Source of the DNA: Takakia lepidozioides
Lineage: Eukaryota > Plantae > Bryophyta
Length of the DNA stretch: 64,000 nucleotides
NCBI GenBank assembly: GCA_030704615.1
Contig: CM060731.1
Coordinates: forward strand, 36,642,001 to 36,706,000
Reading direction: 5' to 3'
Position 1 is the stretch's first letter; each line of letters opens with the position of its first letter. The notes beneath the pieces were generated by a model. That model was not told the origin of the DNA and made no database searches. It saw only the letters and a list, made by a program, of their open reading frames with translations. Of the stretch, positions 22,795 through 35,447 are shown one piece after another. The translations under genes and the position numbers were made by a program.

Positions 22795-23665
22795 AACTGG
22801 CGGTCGCTTCATTTTCCGAAAATAAAATAAATAAGTGACCACCAGCATTTACAGTGACATTAAAAATTAAAGCGACCACCAGTAATGGCAGTCGCTCCAT
22901 TTCCCAAAAAATAAAAATAAAAACGATTGCAAGTAATGGCGGTCGCTGCATTTCCAAACAAATTGAAATTAAATCGTCATTTATAAAACTAAAAAATAAT
23001 TACAGCGACCGCTAATAATGGTTGCTCCATTTCCAACAAAATTGAAATTTAAGCGACCGCCACTACTGGCAGTCGCTGCATTTACAAAAAAAACAATTGC
23101 GGCAACCGCCATTACTGGCGGTCGCTCCATTTTCCTCCAAAAAACAAAAAAACGACCGCCAGTAATGGCGGTCGCTGCATTTATAAAAAATATATTCCCC
23201 CCCCCCCCCGCCTCATTCCTCGCTCCACGCACAGGCAGACCTCGTAGAAGTGACCGCCACCTTGGCGGTCGCTCCATTTAAAAAACAAAAAAACACGACC
23301 GCCTCTAATGGCGGTCGCTCTATTTCGCGAAAAAAAAAAAACGACCGCCAGTAATGGAAATGAGGGGAGAATGACGCGGAGCTTATATGCAAACCCCCCC
23401 CCCCCCCCCCCCCCCCACGTGCAAGGCACACCTCGTAGAAGCGACCGCCACCTTGGCGGTCGCTCCATTTACAAAATCCCAAAAAACAACCGCAAAAAAT
23501 GGCGGTCGATCCATTTTTTAAAATTAAAAATGACGGTCGCTCCATTTACATAAAATATATTACGAGCAATTTAAGAAAAAACAAAAGACGACCGCTATTA
23601 CATCGTGTTCGCTGCATTTACAAAGAATAAAAAACAAAAACGACCGCCAGTGATGCCGGTCGCTG
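22795..23665. repeat. Second AGCGACCGCC motif array with poly(C)/poly(A) tracts
   Basis: Same motif as 15895-16384, e.g. GCGACCGCCACCTTGGCGGTCGC. Confidence 0.9.
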
Positions 23666-24822
23666 CATTAAAATAAAATGAATGCAGAGTAGGAAGCATT
23701 GGTACAATTGTTCTTCATTACACAAGCAAATCACCGAACACAAACATGAGCAAGTGCCGGTGCCTTTGGCCGACATTTTGGGTGGTATACACATGAGCAA
23801 CATATTTTATTTCCCAACACATACACAACAACAATACAAATACTCATAGTGACAATGATCACACTGATATTACTTCACTACAGAAAATGTAAACATGTCT
23901 ACTAAAATGTGCTGATGCATGCTTAGAGCTATTTTGCTTCAATTTCTTCTACTGCTTTGACGGCGGGACGAAGAAGATCATAATTTTGATGCTCCGATGG
24001 GCTGAAAATCCGAGTCACCCTCGACTTCACAACCATTGTCATGATCAGTGCTGGAATCGTCCTCCCTATCCAACCTCCCATGTCGAGGCATTTGAATCTG
24101 CAAGCGACCTCAAACCATATTTAGTTCTCTCTGAGGTCAACTCCTACTCCGGTCTCGAATACCATCCACAGTATCTGGCTTGTTTGTGGGCCGATCGTCT
24201 ACAAAAGGTTGGATTGTTCTCTGTCGTTTATGGGTTTGGGACGCAATCGAAAGTGCTCTCGAAGGAGGTAGCGGATGGGGGTCTACCCGAGATGGACCGG
24301 CATTAGATGGTCCGACATGTGAGGAACCATGGGCCTGCTGCGCAACACGTTGGTTAAGGTGAAATTGTAGTGGTAGGTTGTCATCATCCGAGGCTTCAAC
24401 TTTCGTCCGGTCCAATGTAGCAGAATGATGTATGCGTGTGGAAAACAGATCAACTCTGTTGCTCCTTAATGCCTGTTGTGTTGATGGGGAGCTGAATCGG
24501 TTTTGGCATTGTGGTGGAGCTGGTCATATCGGTGAGACATGTTCCCGTCCCGTCGACTGTACAATGGGTTCGGCACCATCATTTGTATGAACATGATTGC
24601 GTTAACAGAGGATGACACAATTGCAGCTTCACCTTCATCTACGATACGTACTTCCTCAAGAAGGTCATCAAAGGTCGGCTGGATATAAGCATCCTCCTCT
24701 GTGAACGTAAACGGATCATACGCATTTTTGAGAGCATCATCGGATCCATCTTCACTATTGGAGGCAGATGACTCCCTCTGAGATGATTCCCTTTGAGACT
24801 CAATATCGTCACTCATCGAATT

Positions 24823-25454
24823 TGTCAAGGACGAGAACATGACTGAACACAAACAAGAAATAAGACTAGAGGTACAAGGCTAGACAAGAAGTCAAGGTCG
24901 GCGTGGCCGAATGTACGATGAGTAAATAGGAATTAAGACGATATTTATAACAATGAACAAGAGTACAAGATATTGGAACACGACTTGAATACTGGAATGC
25001 TGGAAACTGGACTGGAGTACCAGATACTGGAAACTGGGCTAGAGTATTGGGAACTGGACTGGAGTACTGGGAACTGGAAACAAGAGTAGCTTGAACTGGT
25101 GTTGGCGAGACTGAAGAGTGTCCAGTCTCGCCTCCTATATATACTGGCTACTATGAAGCTTCCCTAATAAGCTTCCCCTATGGAGGTTTCTTGCTGGAGA
25201 AGTTTCCAAGATTAAACAAAGGTTTCTTGATGGAGAAGCTTCCTTAAACAAAGGAGGTATGTTGATGGAGGAGTTTCCTCTAAATGAAGCTTCCTGAGTA
25301 GTTTCCCAAGTTACTCTTAGTAATTTGGTAAACTCCCGGTAACTTGGTAAGTAATGGTAAATCATAGTAAGTCATGGTAACTTCCGGTAACATGGTAACT
25401 TGGTAACTTCTGGTATTTAGTCCTGGTAAGTTCCTATGGGCTATGTCCGTGACA
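24823..25454 (-). mobile_element. 3' LTR (632 bp) of a truncated LTR retroelement, PPT at 25455-25468
   Basis: Termini TGTCAAGG...CCGTGACA are inverted (7/8). On the minus strand AGAGGAGGGGGTGA directly precedes TGTCACGG. Internal CTGGA/GGTAA short repeats. Confidence 0.75.
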
Positions 25455-27109
25455 TCACCCCCTCCTCTAGCGCCGAGTTCCTCGAGGAGCGGTAAAATCT
25501 TGGACTTGCTTAGAGTTGGAGAAAATCCAAAATCCGGTGAATGGTACTTGTCAAGTATTCGGCTCTTCGTTCTTGACTCAAATGATTTATAGGTCCCTGC
25601 AACCCGAGCTACACGTCAGTAAGACGTCATAACGATGATGTCAGCCAAGTTAGCTTCAAGGTGAAGACTTCACATTCAATGTACCTGATGCACGCTAAGG
25701 AGGGAGGAGCACCACACATCAGTATATATAGTTTTTGCAGACCGCCAAGAGCATAGTAGAGACCTGACTTTCAGTCTGTCACGAGCCAACATACCGACTG
25801 AAAAACAAACAGAGAGGAGAGAGGCACAAACCCTCTTGCTAGTGCCTTTGCGATCAGGTTCAACACACAAAACGTCCAGTACACATATTGGAGTCATCCA
25901 CGTTCATAGTCATGGAAAAGAGGTCCACCCAGCTGCCTTCCCAGCCCACAATCAAAGCTGCTCCAATTTTATTGACTGCACATTCAAGCTAATAGCTATG
26001 TAAATACTGCCGAAGCATCAGTATCCACTGCCACTTTGACCACTTGCCGAAGAAGTTTGAGCTCAAACTTCTTATAGCTTGTTGTGAACTGATGAACAAT
26101 GTTTTGCGATTTTCAGACTAAATTTACATGTGAGAAATTATTTTGATCATACTTTTTTGTTTTAGTCATGAATGACTCAATACTCGTGGTCAGATGTCAG
26201 ATCCATGATAAGGCCTCTTTGGCAATGAATCTGAAATATCGCATTTGTAGATTAATGTCATAACCCTGCTCATCAAATATGTGCCTTCTTGGCTCACATG
26301 TGTAGCACCACGACACCGTCAGCAGTAGCACAACGGTACCTAAACAGGTCGTTTCTTATGATGCTGATGCACTGAGCTAGTTCTGAATATAAATACACCA
26401 GATATACCTATAATTTGAGTGATATACTCGATAAGTGCAGGCGTGCAATACATGGTTGTTCATTATTATAAATTATATACTAAACTAAGACTTTGGCTGT
26501 ACACTGAGCGAAAGAGAACAAGATTAGAATGGCACAAACACCTAAAGTCTAGACGTCAAAGAGACATCAATAGTTTGAAAGCTTTCTTGATGAATACAAG
26601 TGGAAGATTCATGGAACCTTTGCTACCTAGCAAATGCGACGCCAATGTCATGCACTTGAGAACATTAATTTAAATTACAATCACATTGTTCAATTTGTTG
26701 AATGTAGATATTAGTTCAAATGAGTACCTTCTAATCAAGGGGCCAATAAAATACATATATCAACGAACATATCCAAATGTGCCCCATGCATGTTTTTCAT
26801 CGTGCAAGCTTACCAACTTTTAGAGCACCGTGCTTGCCAATCCATATAGGATCTATCTCCAATATCACACATTGTGTGCAAGATAATTCGTTTCTTAGCC
26901 TGGAGTTAGAAGACTCTCGCCGAAACAACCAACTTACATATAAGAACCTCATAAGAACTAGTGAACTCGGTTCTTATCACTTGCGTTGCTAGTCGGTAGT
27001 AGCCATTCCCCCTGGGAATAGCCATAATTATATCCATGTAATCAAACATCATCGAGGCATTCTGTTGAACACACGTCGAGCATCCATAATGCTCCGGCCC
27101 TTAAGATAT

Positions 27110-27403
27110 GTGTTGACAAGGGTGTTGTGCAGAAAAACACTGCCCGCCCGTCTTCCCCACGTCTATGATGGACGGAGCTCCCACGAGCTGCTTCACTCCA
27201 CGACTGCGAAACCTGTAGGGAAGAGGGAGTTGTGTAGGGGGCCTTGCTTGGTGTATGTAGAGTTGACAACAATTTGAAGCTAGCAAAGCGTGTAGCAAAA
27301 GGCCTTCTTTAGTCGGAGCTACACCACCCTGCAACCTACATGCTGCTCTCAAACATCTATGCTGCAGTTGGCAGGTGGGATGATAAAGCAAAGGTGGGCA
27401 TAA
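27110..27403 (+). pseudogene. PLS-class PPR protein fragment (last repeat + E domain), with stops
   Basis: Translates to [53 protein letters not shown], matching the E-domain consensus WGALLGAC...[16 protein letters not shown]. Confidence 0.8.
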
Positions 27404-29999
27404 GTGTGGACCTTCCTCTTTTTGGTGAAATAGTCAATATTTCTAATATGCCTTGTGGCCTCCTCGAGGTTTGTTTTTTCCTCTTTTTGTAAACTGAAGT
27501 GGGTTATGTCTTTCAAATATGCTGCGATTACAAGTATGTTGTGATTGTATGCTGTGATCTTTTTCAAATAAGGGAATAAATGGACTCGATGTGACACTTA
27601 TTCTCTTTGGCAATAACATACTAGTTATGGGATTCGAACCGAACAGTGGATAAAGTTAGTTTTGAGTTGTATGTTTGCAGTAGCCATGAGGCGAAGTGAC
27701 TCTTAGTTACGCCGGCTTTGGGCAGAGTCTTTTCTCTCTCTCAGCGCTGCATCACGTGTTGATGTGATAGGATGAATGTGTCATCCAAATTCGCTGCTTA
27801 AGTTGTTTCCAACATGGGCATCACGTGGACGACTAGCTCCCTACAGTGTAATAAAAGAGCTGCAGAGATGCCAACCTCGCAACCTCGTAACCAGAAAACA
27901 AATTGGTGAATGGAGCTCTTCATTATTTTATTCGCATTAAGCTCCAGTAGCTTGAAGGACACAATGAAAAAGAGAAGAGGCTGCTCTTCAGGTTGAAATG
28001 TTTTAGGGCAGTACTTGAAATCGTATTTTTCAATTTTTTATGTGCTTTGGGCCTTTGGCTGTCCCAAAAAGAAGTTCCCCTTTCTTGGCTGGTTTAATAA
28101 AGGAAAATATTGATTTTTATTATACAAGTATGGCTTCCTTGTTCCTACAAAAGCATTATTCTCGGGAGAGGTTTTGAGGTCAACCCCATGTCACCCATAC
28201 CTACCTGCTTTCAATGCTATCTTGCTAATCATGTATAAGATGGATTTTACGTATATCTATATAAAAACTCTATAATTATATATATATATATCTGACACAC
28301 ATTGTTTTATTTCAATTAATTACATAATTGTTATCATTATTATATTATTTTAGTAAGTTTTTTTCAATTATATATGTTTCCTCTTCAGAGTATGCCTTGG
28401 TAATATGTTAAATCGCTTATTTACTTAAAATCATATAATGCATTCTATTCAAGAGATAGTGTTAAAACTTATTTCACTGTATGTACATTCATAACATATG
28501 CCATATTTGGCATTGTGATGTTAAGGCATAGCATGTGATGGTACATAGATACATCCACCTTAGGTATGGCATTGGCATTGCCCATGTGCATGGGATAAGC
28601 ACGACTCACATCGCGCATAGTGGCATCATGCCATGGCACATCGGCAAAATGAAGCAATGAAATAATTGAGGTGCAAATGGGCCACTGGCCTCAACAAGCG
28701 TCCCATTTGATCTATGTTTTAGGAATATTTCTTCATATTCTTGACATGTGGTGCAGATTGGCTGTTCATGGCATAGGTGCAAGTGGGACACTATAACTAA
28801 CACTACATGGGTTACCCACATCCTAGCCATTGAAGCATGAAGGGTCAGGATGAAGCTGTCTTCACCAAGGTTAGTTGTATGCAGAGTGTCATAGGCCAAA
28901 TATAAGGGGACTCGGCCGTCGACTACTAAATGGATAGGATGATACTGACATAATGCTAAAGCAAATTTTAAGGCCAAAGAATTATGGGGCATCACATATG
29001 TGAAGACGTCCACCCCTTTAAAAACATCTTATGTAAAAACCGAGTGGGACAAAACCCATGAGGAGGAAAACCTTACGCAATGAACAAGGTGGAACACCAT
29101 GCTACACATGAAACACCATGCTACACATGAAACACCAATATTTTGGATAAAGATCTAGGACTGGAGGGATAACTATACAATCAGAGATCCAACTAAACTA
29201 CACGGAAAACTTCAATAAGAGCCCGAAAACCAGTTCATCTATTCTAAGTCTTAGATATTATGAATGACTGAAAATGTGAACTTTGTTTTTTGGTTTTTTT
29301 GGGGCAACAGGGGACACTTTGTTGACTCACAAGTGGAAGAATAATCCCTCACTTTTCAAGTAAATATTTCATACTTTATTTTCTGAAAAATCCTGACATA
29401 TTATTTCAAAATTTTGACAAATTCTCAAAATTTATTATTTTCTTAGACTTTTTCACTGGAATGTCAAATCATTTCGACAAATTTATTAAATTCTATTATA
29501 ACTTGTAATATTCATATACATCTCTATGCATGATGTATACATTTCTATTTTCTCTGAATATTTCTGTGAACTATAATTAGGTTCAATATCATAAAAGAAT
29601 TAAACCATAATACTTTGATGCTATTTTATATTAAACATTTTGAATATAAATAATTCTACTATCCATGAATAGAAAATATAAAATTATTTCTATAAAATAT
29701 AGTTAACCATTCTATTATTTTCTTCAGCAATCAATTATCATCATCTCCAACAAATATCCACCTTGAATCTTATGGACTGAATTTTTGTTGATGAGCATTT
29801 AACTTTTTTACATACATATCGAGTTTATTCGATATTTTTTACACACCAAAAGGTCAATTGGACATTGAATATTTCAACTTCAAAATATTCATCAAACATG
29901 CTATTCATGTAGATAAGTAAAATTTTTCTATTCATAATGAAAAAATGAACCTATTGTAATATAGAAGATATTTACTAATCAACACAATCTACATCTATA

Positions 30000-30215
30000 A
30001 TATTATGCTACAGCAACACGAAAATTTCCTCACGCGACAAAATTACGAAACTACTTCAAAATTTGTGCTCACACAAAACTATCTTTTGTATTCAGTTTTC
30101 ACTTTAGTTTAATTCAGTTTATTTATGGGTTCGTTTTGCTAAGAAACTCATTGTGCTCGCGTGAGCACAAATTTTGAATACTTTCATGTAATACTGCTGT
30201 TTATAATATTAAAAT
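30000..30215. repeat. Foldback/MITE-like inverted repeat
   Basis: TTCAAAATTTGTGCTCAC (~30055) pairs with GTGAGCACAAATTTTGAA (~30161). Confidence 0.5.
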
Positions 30216-33200
30216 AGTGTTTCGCTATTAAATATTTGTGTTTTACAGAGGGTTTCAGCTACAATATACTCATAGATCATGTAACTGACCCTAGTACCCT
30301 ATGTCCACCTAGGACTTGTATTTCCATTTGCAAACAAATTACCTCTATAACCGTGGATCGTGCTCACGCTTGTCTTTTTTCTTGTTCACGCCGTGCTCAC
30401 CGGATACCGACCAGGCTGAAACTCTTAACGCCAGGAGGGGTGGGGATTGGCATATTATCCCTCCCCGCGGCCTACGGGAGCATAACAAGTCAATCCCGGC
30501 CGGTTCTCTACATAGCATGGCGGTGTATGACAAGTCAATGGCATATTCTTCGGTCAGGTTGGTTAGAGCCATTGCATGTTTTTTTTTTCCTGGCAAAAAG
30601 TCGCCAGATTTTGACCTGGGAAATGGGTTGGGTACTTGTACAAAAGGAATTATGTGGGGTAAAAAAAAAAAAAAAGCGTGAGTATTTGAATATCAGGAGC
30701 CTGATTTTGCCTCCGTGGACCTGTTAAACTGTGCCCCCTTGTTATTCTCGCCACATGGGCACTAGGTGGCATTTACATGTGGCCCCTGTGGTGATTACAG
30801 AAAAATGATAAAAAAACACAGAGCCACTGTCGTGCGGGTAAAATGTTTTTTGCCTACCCTCCAGATAAGGATAAATAAAAATAAGATGATTATTTATCCT
30901 CCAAGCAAAGGTAAATTATTTCATAGGTGAGATTATTAATGGTGAATAAAAATTTGATGATTTATTTTGCCTCCAGGGAAAGGTATAGGCCAATATATTC
31001 ATAAAAGTAAGGGGAAATGCATTTTCTCCTCTCACTATAATTTAGTGAAAAACCTCCATCCCCCTTTCTTTCAACAAACAAACAAACGAATGATCTACCC
31101 TTTATATACCCAAAGGGGAAGAGGCTCTTATTTACACTAGCTTCGGCTGGCGTTGTATATATATATATATATATATATATCCAAAGGATAAATAAAATAA
31201 AATTGAAGGATTTATACATTTTTGTGTTTGTCACTTATTTTTCATAAGGTGGTCCTTTTGGGTGTAATAGTAAGATTGATTATAGAAGGTATGTAGGTCT
31301 AGGTCTGAAGACAAAGAAGAGACCTCCACATTTACCCTTTCCTGATTTATCCTCTAGTAATATATATATATTTCTATGCAGGTATTGGATATAATTTACC
31401 TTTCAATATAGGGGTAAGGTAAGTATAAATCAAATTATTTACCCATACATAGTAGGGTAAATGACAAATGTACATAATTTACAATTACCCTGAGAGGGCA
31501 GGTGAAGTACACTACACCAGCTTCGGCCGTAAAGAACTTTCAGCTTTCTCGACGAAACCGGTGAGCTAAACCTGAGCTCTGTGAAGTTCCCTCCGCGTTC
31601 GTCACGCACGGTAAGCCTCCGGGTGTCAGGGATTACCTACACTCGAACTGTGCGCCGCTCGGTTACCGCCTCTTGGTGGGGCTCATTTCAGTAATTCCCT
31701 TTAGAGCCAGGTTCCATGGGCAGCTGCAAGTGCCCCCCCATGAATTGCCCCGGTTTTTACGAGACACTATGGGTCGAAATAGAATAGTCCCTAAGGGACG
31801 CCCCCACGGAATCGGCCCTTGTGAAGGGGCGCAAAAGGACGTCCCTTCGCAAGGGGCAATCGAGTTTCAGGGCGCCCCTAAAGTCTTTTCCTACAGCGGG
31901 CCCGCAACCTTACATAATACTTCCATCCAAAGTAAGTTAGATTTTAGGAGAGGGAATAATTTTTGATATTTTCATCGAAAACTTATATTAATTATCATTT
32001 AGTATGTCATGGGCCCACAACAATTGGTGCCAAAGATTTCTAGAGGGGTGAATAGAAAGCTGTCCATGGAACCAACCCCTCTCATTTTTAAGGGGCGATT
32101 CCTTCCTGGGGGTGCTTGCTTGGGGGGCATTTGGGAGTGCCCATGGAACCGACTCTTAGTACCCTACAGATCAGGTTGTCATTGTCGCACATACTAATCA
32201 ATGCCACAAAAATCAAGGCGCTCAAAAAGCCGAAACACTGGTTGTTATTGGTCGCGACACAAAATCTATGATTACTAAACAGATTACTAGACAGCACTTG
32301 GAGGAATGTTGGGTATATCTTAAGGATCTTTCATGCGAACATATGCATGTAAGAAGTTTTGACGTTCCGTCGATGGAAACGAGCCACTCCGGACAAACAC
32401 ACAGTCCACCTCCAGAATTACCCACAATAGCTCTTCTGAGTCCTCGCCCATCGGATGGGTACGGATAATGTTGAACATTTGCTAGTGCGCTTCGACAACC
32501 AGCAATGTTTTCTTTGTCGTTTGCATATATCTATATATATAACCAAGAAGGGGACTGGAACTAGGAAAAAATAACCTCACCCTAGCCATAAGGCAATACA
32601 ACGGAGGGAACCTCCAAGAACACACACAAATATATATAAAGGGGACGGAGGCCCTGTTACTCAAATTAAAGAAACGAGGAAAAAATAACCTCGACAGGGC
32701 CATAAGGCAATACAATCCCGGGGAGCCTCCCAGAGCAGCCACAATGGGCAGGCAGATACACTACTGGTTCACCGATGCATCAGTCTAGCAAAGAACCAGA
32801 ATCGGAAAATAAACATGCAGAAGCTAGCCAGAGCATCTACACCTAACAAACCAAACGCTGATAAACCCAGCCAAGCACTACTTCTTCCTACGCAAAGGCT
32901 CAAAATTAAGGTGAGCCTTGATATTAGAATTCCTATTCTTGCAATGATTCCAATTGATGTCTTCATCCCCATCAATAGGGGAGGGCCAGGGAGATATTAA
33001 TGCCTTTTATTTTTGAATAATTGGGTCTTTCAGTTGTGGGACAGGGAGCAGCAAACGGACGCACAAACTGGGGTTGCCCCCGCCCCGGTCCGGGTTTGCT
33101 CGGATGGTCTACTCGTGGGTCAGGGTTTGCTCGGGACTTAGAAAATTTTCCGGGAAAACTCGCCGTAAAAAAAACCATAATTAATGCACATGCAACACCA

Positions 33201-34076
33201 TCCAAAGTTGAACTCACAACTTTACAAATATCAATCTATGCACCCAAATCTATGCACACAACCACTACTTGTTGCTTCACCATTGATTTTTTTATTTTTT
33301 AACCTAGAAAATAGCCCCAACGAGAGCCCCAATGTTAGGACGAGAGGACCCAACTTCATGTGAGCGCGTGCGGACCCTACCTTGCGACATACCCTTTCCT
33401 AGGGCAACCAACATGTAGCCCAATAGTAAGGGCACGAACCCTCTCACGAGTGGTTGTGGGTTTAATCCACCTCTTGGAAGTCATTACGGTGTCCACCTTC
33501 CCAACGGAAGGCAATAGCCCAATGGGGTCAAGTGACACCATAAGTTACGCTTGCTTCGGCAACGCGTCCATTCTCTTCTCTTCTTACATGGGACCCTTGC
33601 TAGGTCATGGGTCGCGGTGGGGCCACCCAAAATCACCCTCGTCCCTACATGGGGTCCGCTGCTTGGCCCACATGTGAGAGACCCAATCATTCGAAAATGA
33701 GAAGCCATATGAATTCCCACCATTGCCAAAGAGTCGAAAAAGTATGATGCGTTGCATTTAATCTGTTCACGTAAGTTTGCATGCCATGGTCTATCATCAT
33801 CATCATCATAATCATATTTCATGTTTTAAAAAAATAAATAAAGGGGATAAAGCTCCATCATTTTAAAGGGGATTTCATGTTTAATGTTGGCTGGAAAATT
33901 TGATCAATTACGTTAGTTCCGAGAATTTTCCTTATCGGCAAACTTTCACTCGCGACATAGGTTGCATGTATGCCAAATTTTAGGATTTGTGTAACACTTA
34001 GTTGAGGTCACCGACATTTAGTACTACATGGACAAAGTTGAGATGTAAACTGTTTGTGACTGTGAGAATGTTGCAA

Positions 34077-34084
34077 GAATATCC
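34077..34084. promoter_or_regulatory. P1BS element (GNATATNC), candidate PHR1-binding site for phosphate-starvation response
   Basis: GAATATCC about 0.8 kb upstream of the probable TATA box (TATAAA near 34865) of a PHT1 gene. The motif is short, so support is contextual. Confidence 0.4.
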
Positions 34085-34268
34085 GGTGGATCATGCCGGG
34101 GACAAAACTATGGAAAACATCAACCAGGTGGGACATCTAAGCGCCTAAAAATTACAAAAACCATCACATCATTTTTCCTTAATCACAGTGAGACTGAGGA
34201 TAAAGGATAAAAGTAGAAAACCATCACAATACTGCGGCGTAAGCTAATAACTTACCGCACACAACTAA

Positions 34269-34328
34269 GTAGCAGGATTTTGAACCCATTAATCTTAGGT
34301 GATGCTATCCAACTGAGCTACCGACTTG
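34269..34328 (-). pseudogene. tRNA-derived relic (pseudo-tRNA or SINE head)
   Basis: Minus strand reads GGTAGCTCAGTTGGATAGCA (A box) ... GGGTTCAAAATCCTG (B-box-like). The anticodon arm is degenerate. Confidence 0.5.
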
Positions 34329-35447
34329 GTAGCACATAATACTTATTGAATATTAGAAGAACATATATATTATTTATCTTCAGTTATAGGCTTTGGATGC
34401 AGATAAATTCCTTGTCGTACCCATCATTTGAACTGGACAAACATCTCAAACCTGGCAAAAAATACTTTTTTTCGTAAGGCGATTACGCACTTACATAAAA
34501 TGTAACCATCCTAATTTGAGTGTTGTTTCTCAGCCTTCATGGCTTCTATGTAAGGTTATTTTTCCTTACTTTTATTAATAAAAATGTCCAGGGCCACTGT
34601 CCCCTGGTCTCTTTAAAAAAATAAAAAATAAATGTTTGAGGGTCGGCCGCCGGCCGCCGAATAACTTAGTGTTACATATTCACGTGATGACATTTCTTTT
34701 GTGGTAGGGCAAGTTTTGATTTTTCGGCTACCTATCCGATATTGACAAAATAATCCACATCATGACCTTGATTGGATATATATTTTTAACCTTTGATTGG
34801 ATTCGTGTTGTTGACTAAAGCATGGTTTTCCATGAAATAGGTTTGTAACACATGGTAAAATTAATATAAATGACGGTGGGGGGCCCGGGTCAAGGTGGGG
34901 TGGTACAAATAAGACAGGCAGGACAGGCCTTGTTCCTCAAGTGGGTGCAAGAGCTTAGCTCCATCTCTCACTTCTGGGCCAGCTCCTGCACAGCTGCTAC
35001 CACGGAAAGTTCTCTCTTTCGTGGATTTTGAGCCTTTTGGAAAGAATCTCTTTGTTGAAATCGATCCTCTTTGAAGTCTCGCTGCAAATTTGCGAATCGT
35101 TAGTAAATCAAGGTGAGAAGCTGTCGGAGAACAGTGCATAGTTGTCTCTTGAAGTTCAAAGTGTTTTTTGTAACTGTGTTCAAGTTCATAAGGTATCAAC
35201 TTGCTCCGACAAAGATTTGTTATGAAGCATTTCGCGAGATTTCAGTTGCATACTTTGATCATCATCACCAGAGACCTTCGGTATTGCACAGTACCTCTAG
35301 AAAGAGCATTGTTGATGTATATGATCACGAGTGAATGAAACTGGGTCTACAAAACATTATGTTATATGCTAGTAACAGTCTGATGAAGAATTGGTTCTGA
35401 CAGTTGTGCTATTTTGTGGGGGTCACGCAGATTCCAAGGTTGCAGCA

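Larger units (their letters stand above)
15636..24822. mobile_element. Putative large DNA transposon region (class uncertain; left end Mutator-like) carrying hairpins, a tandem array and RING cargo
   Basis: GAGTAAGTGTC...TGACGTGGC...CACGTCA at the left end. AGCGACCGCC motif arrays at 15.9-16.4 kb and 22.8-23.7 kb. No transposase or matching right end identified. Confidence 0.4.

Noticed and set aside
23876-23890. CACTACAGAAAA resembling a CACTA terminus
   Set aside because: It points away from the subterminal arrays and I found no matching TAGTG end or target duplication.
28450-29960. Possible copia-type relic (AT-rich; KFSP*DSRWIFVG on the minus strand)
   Set aside because: Too degenerate to support boundaries or identity.
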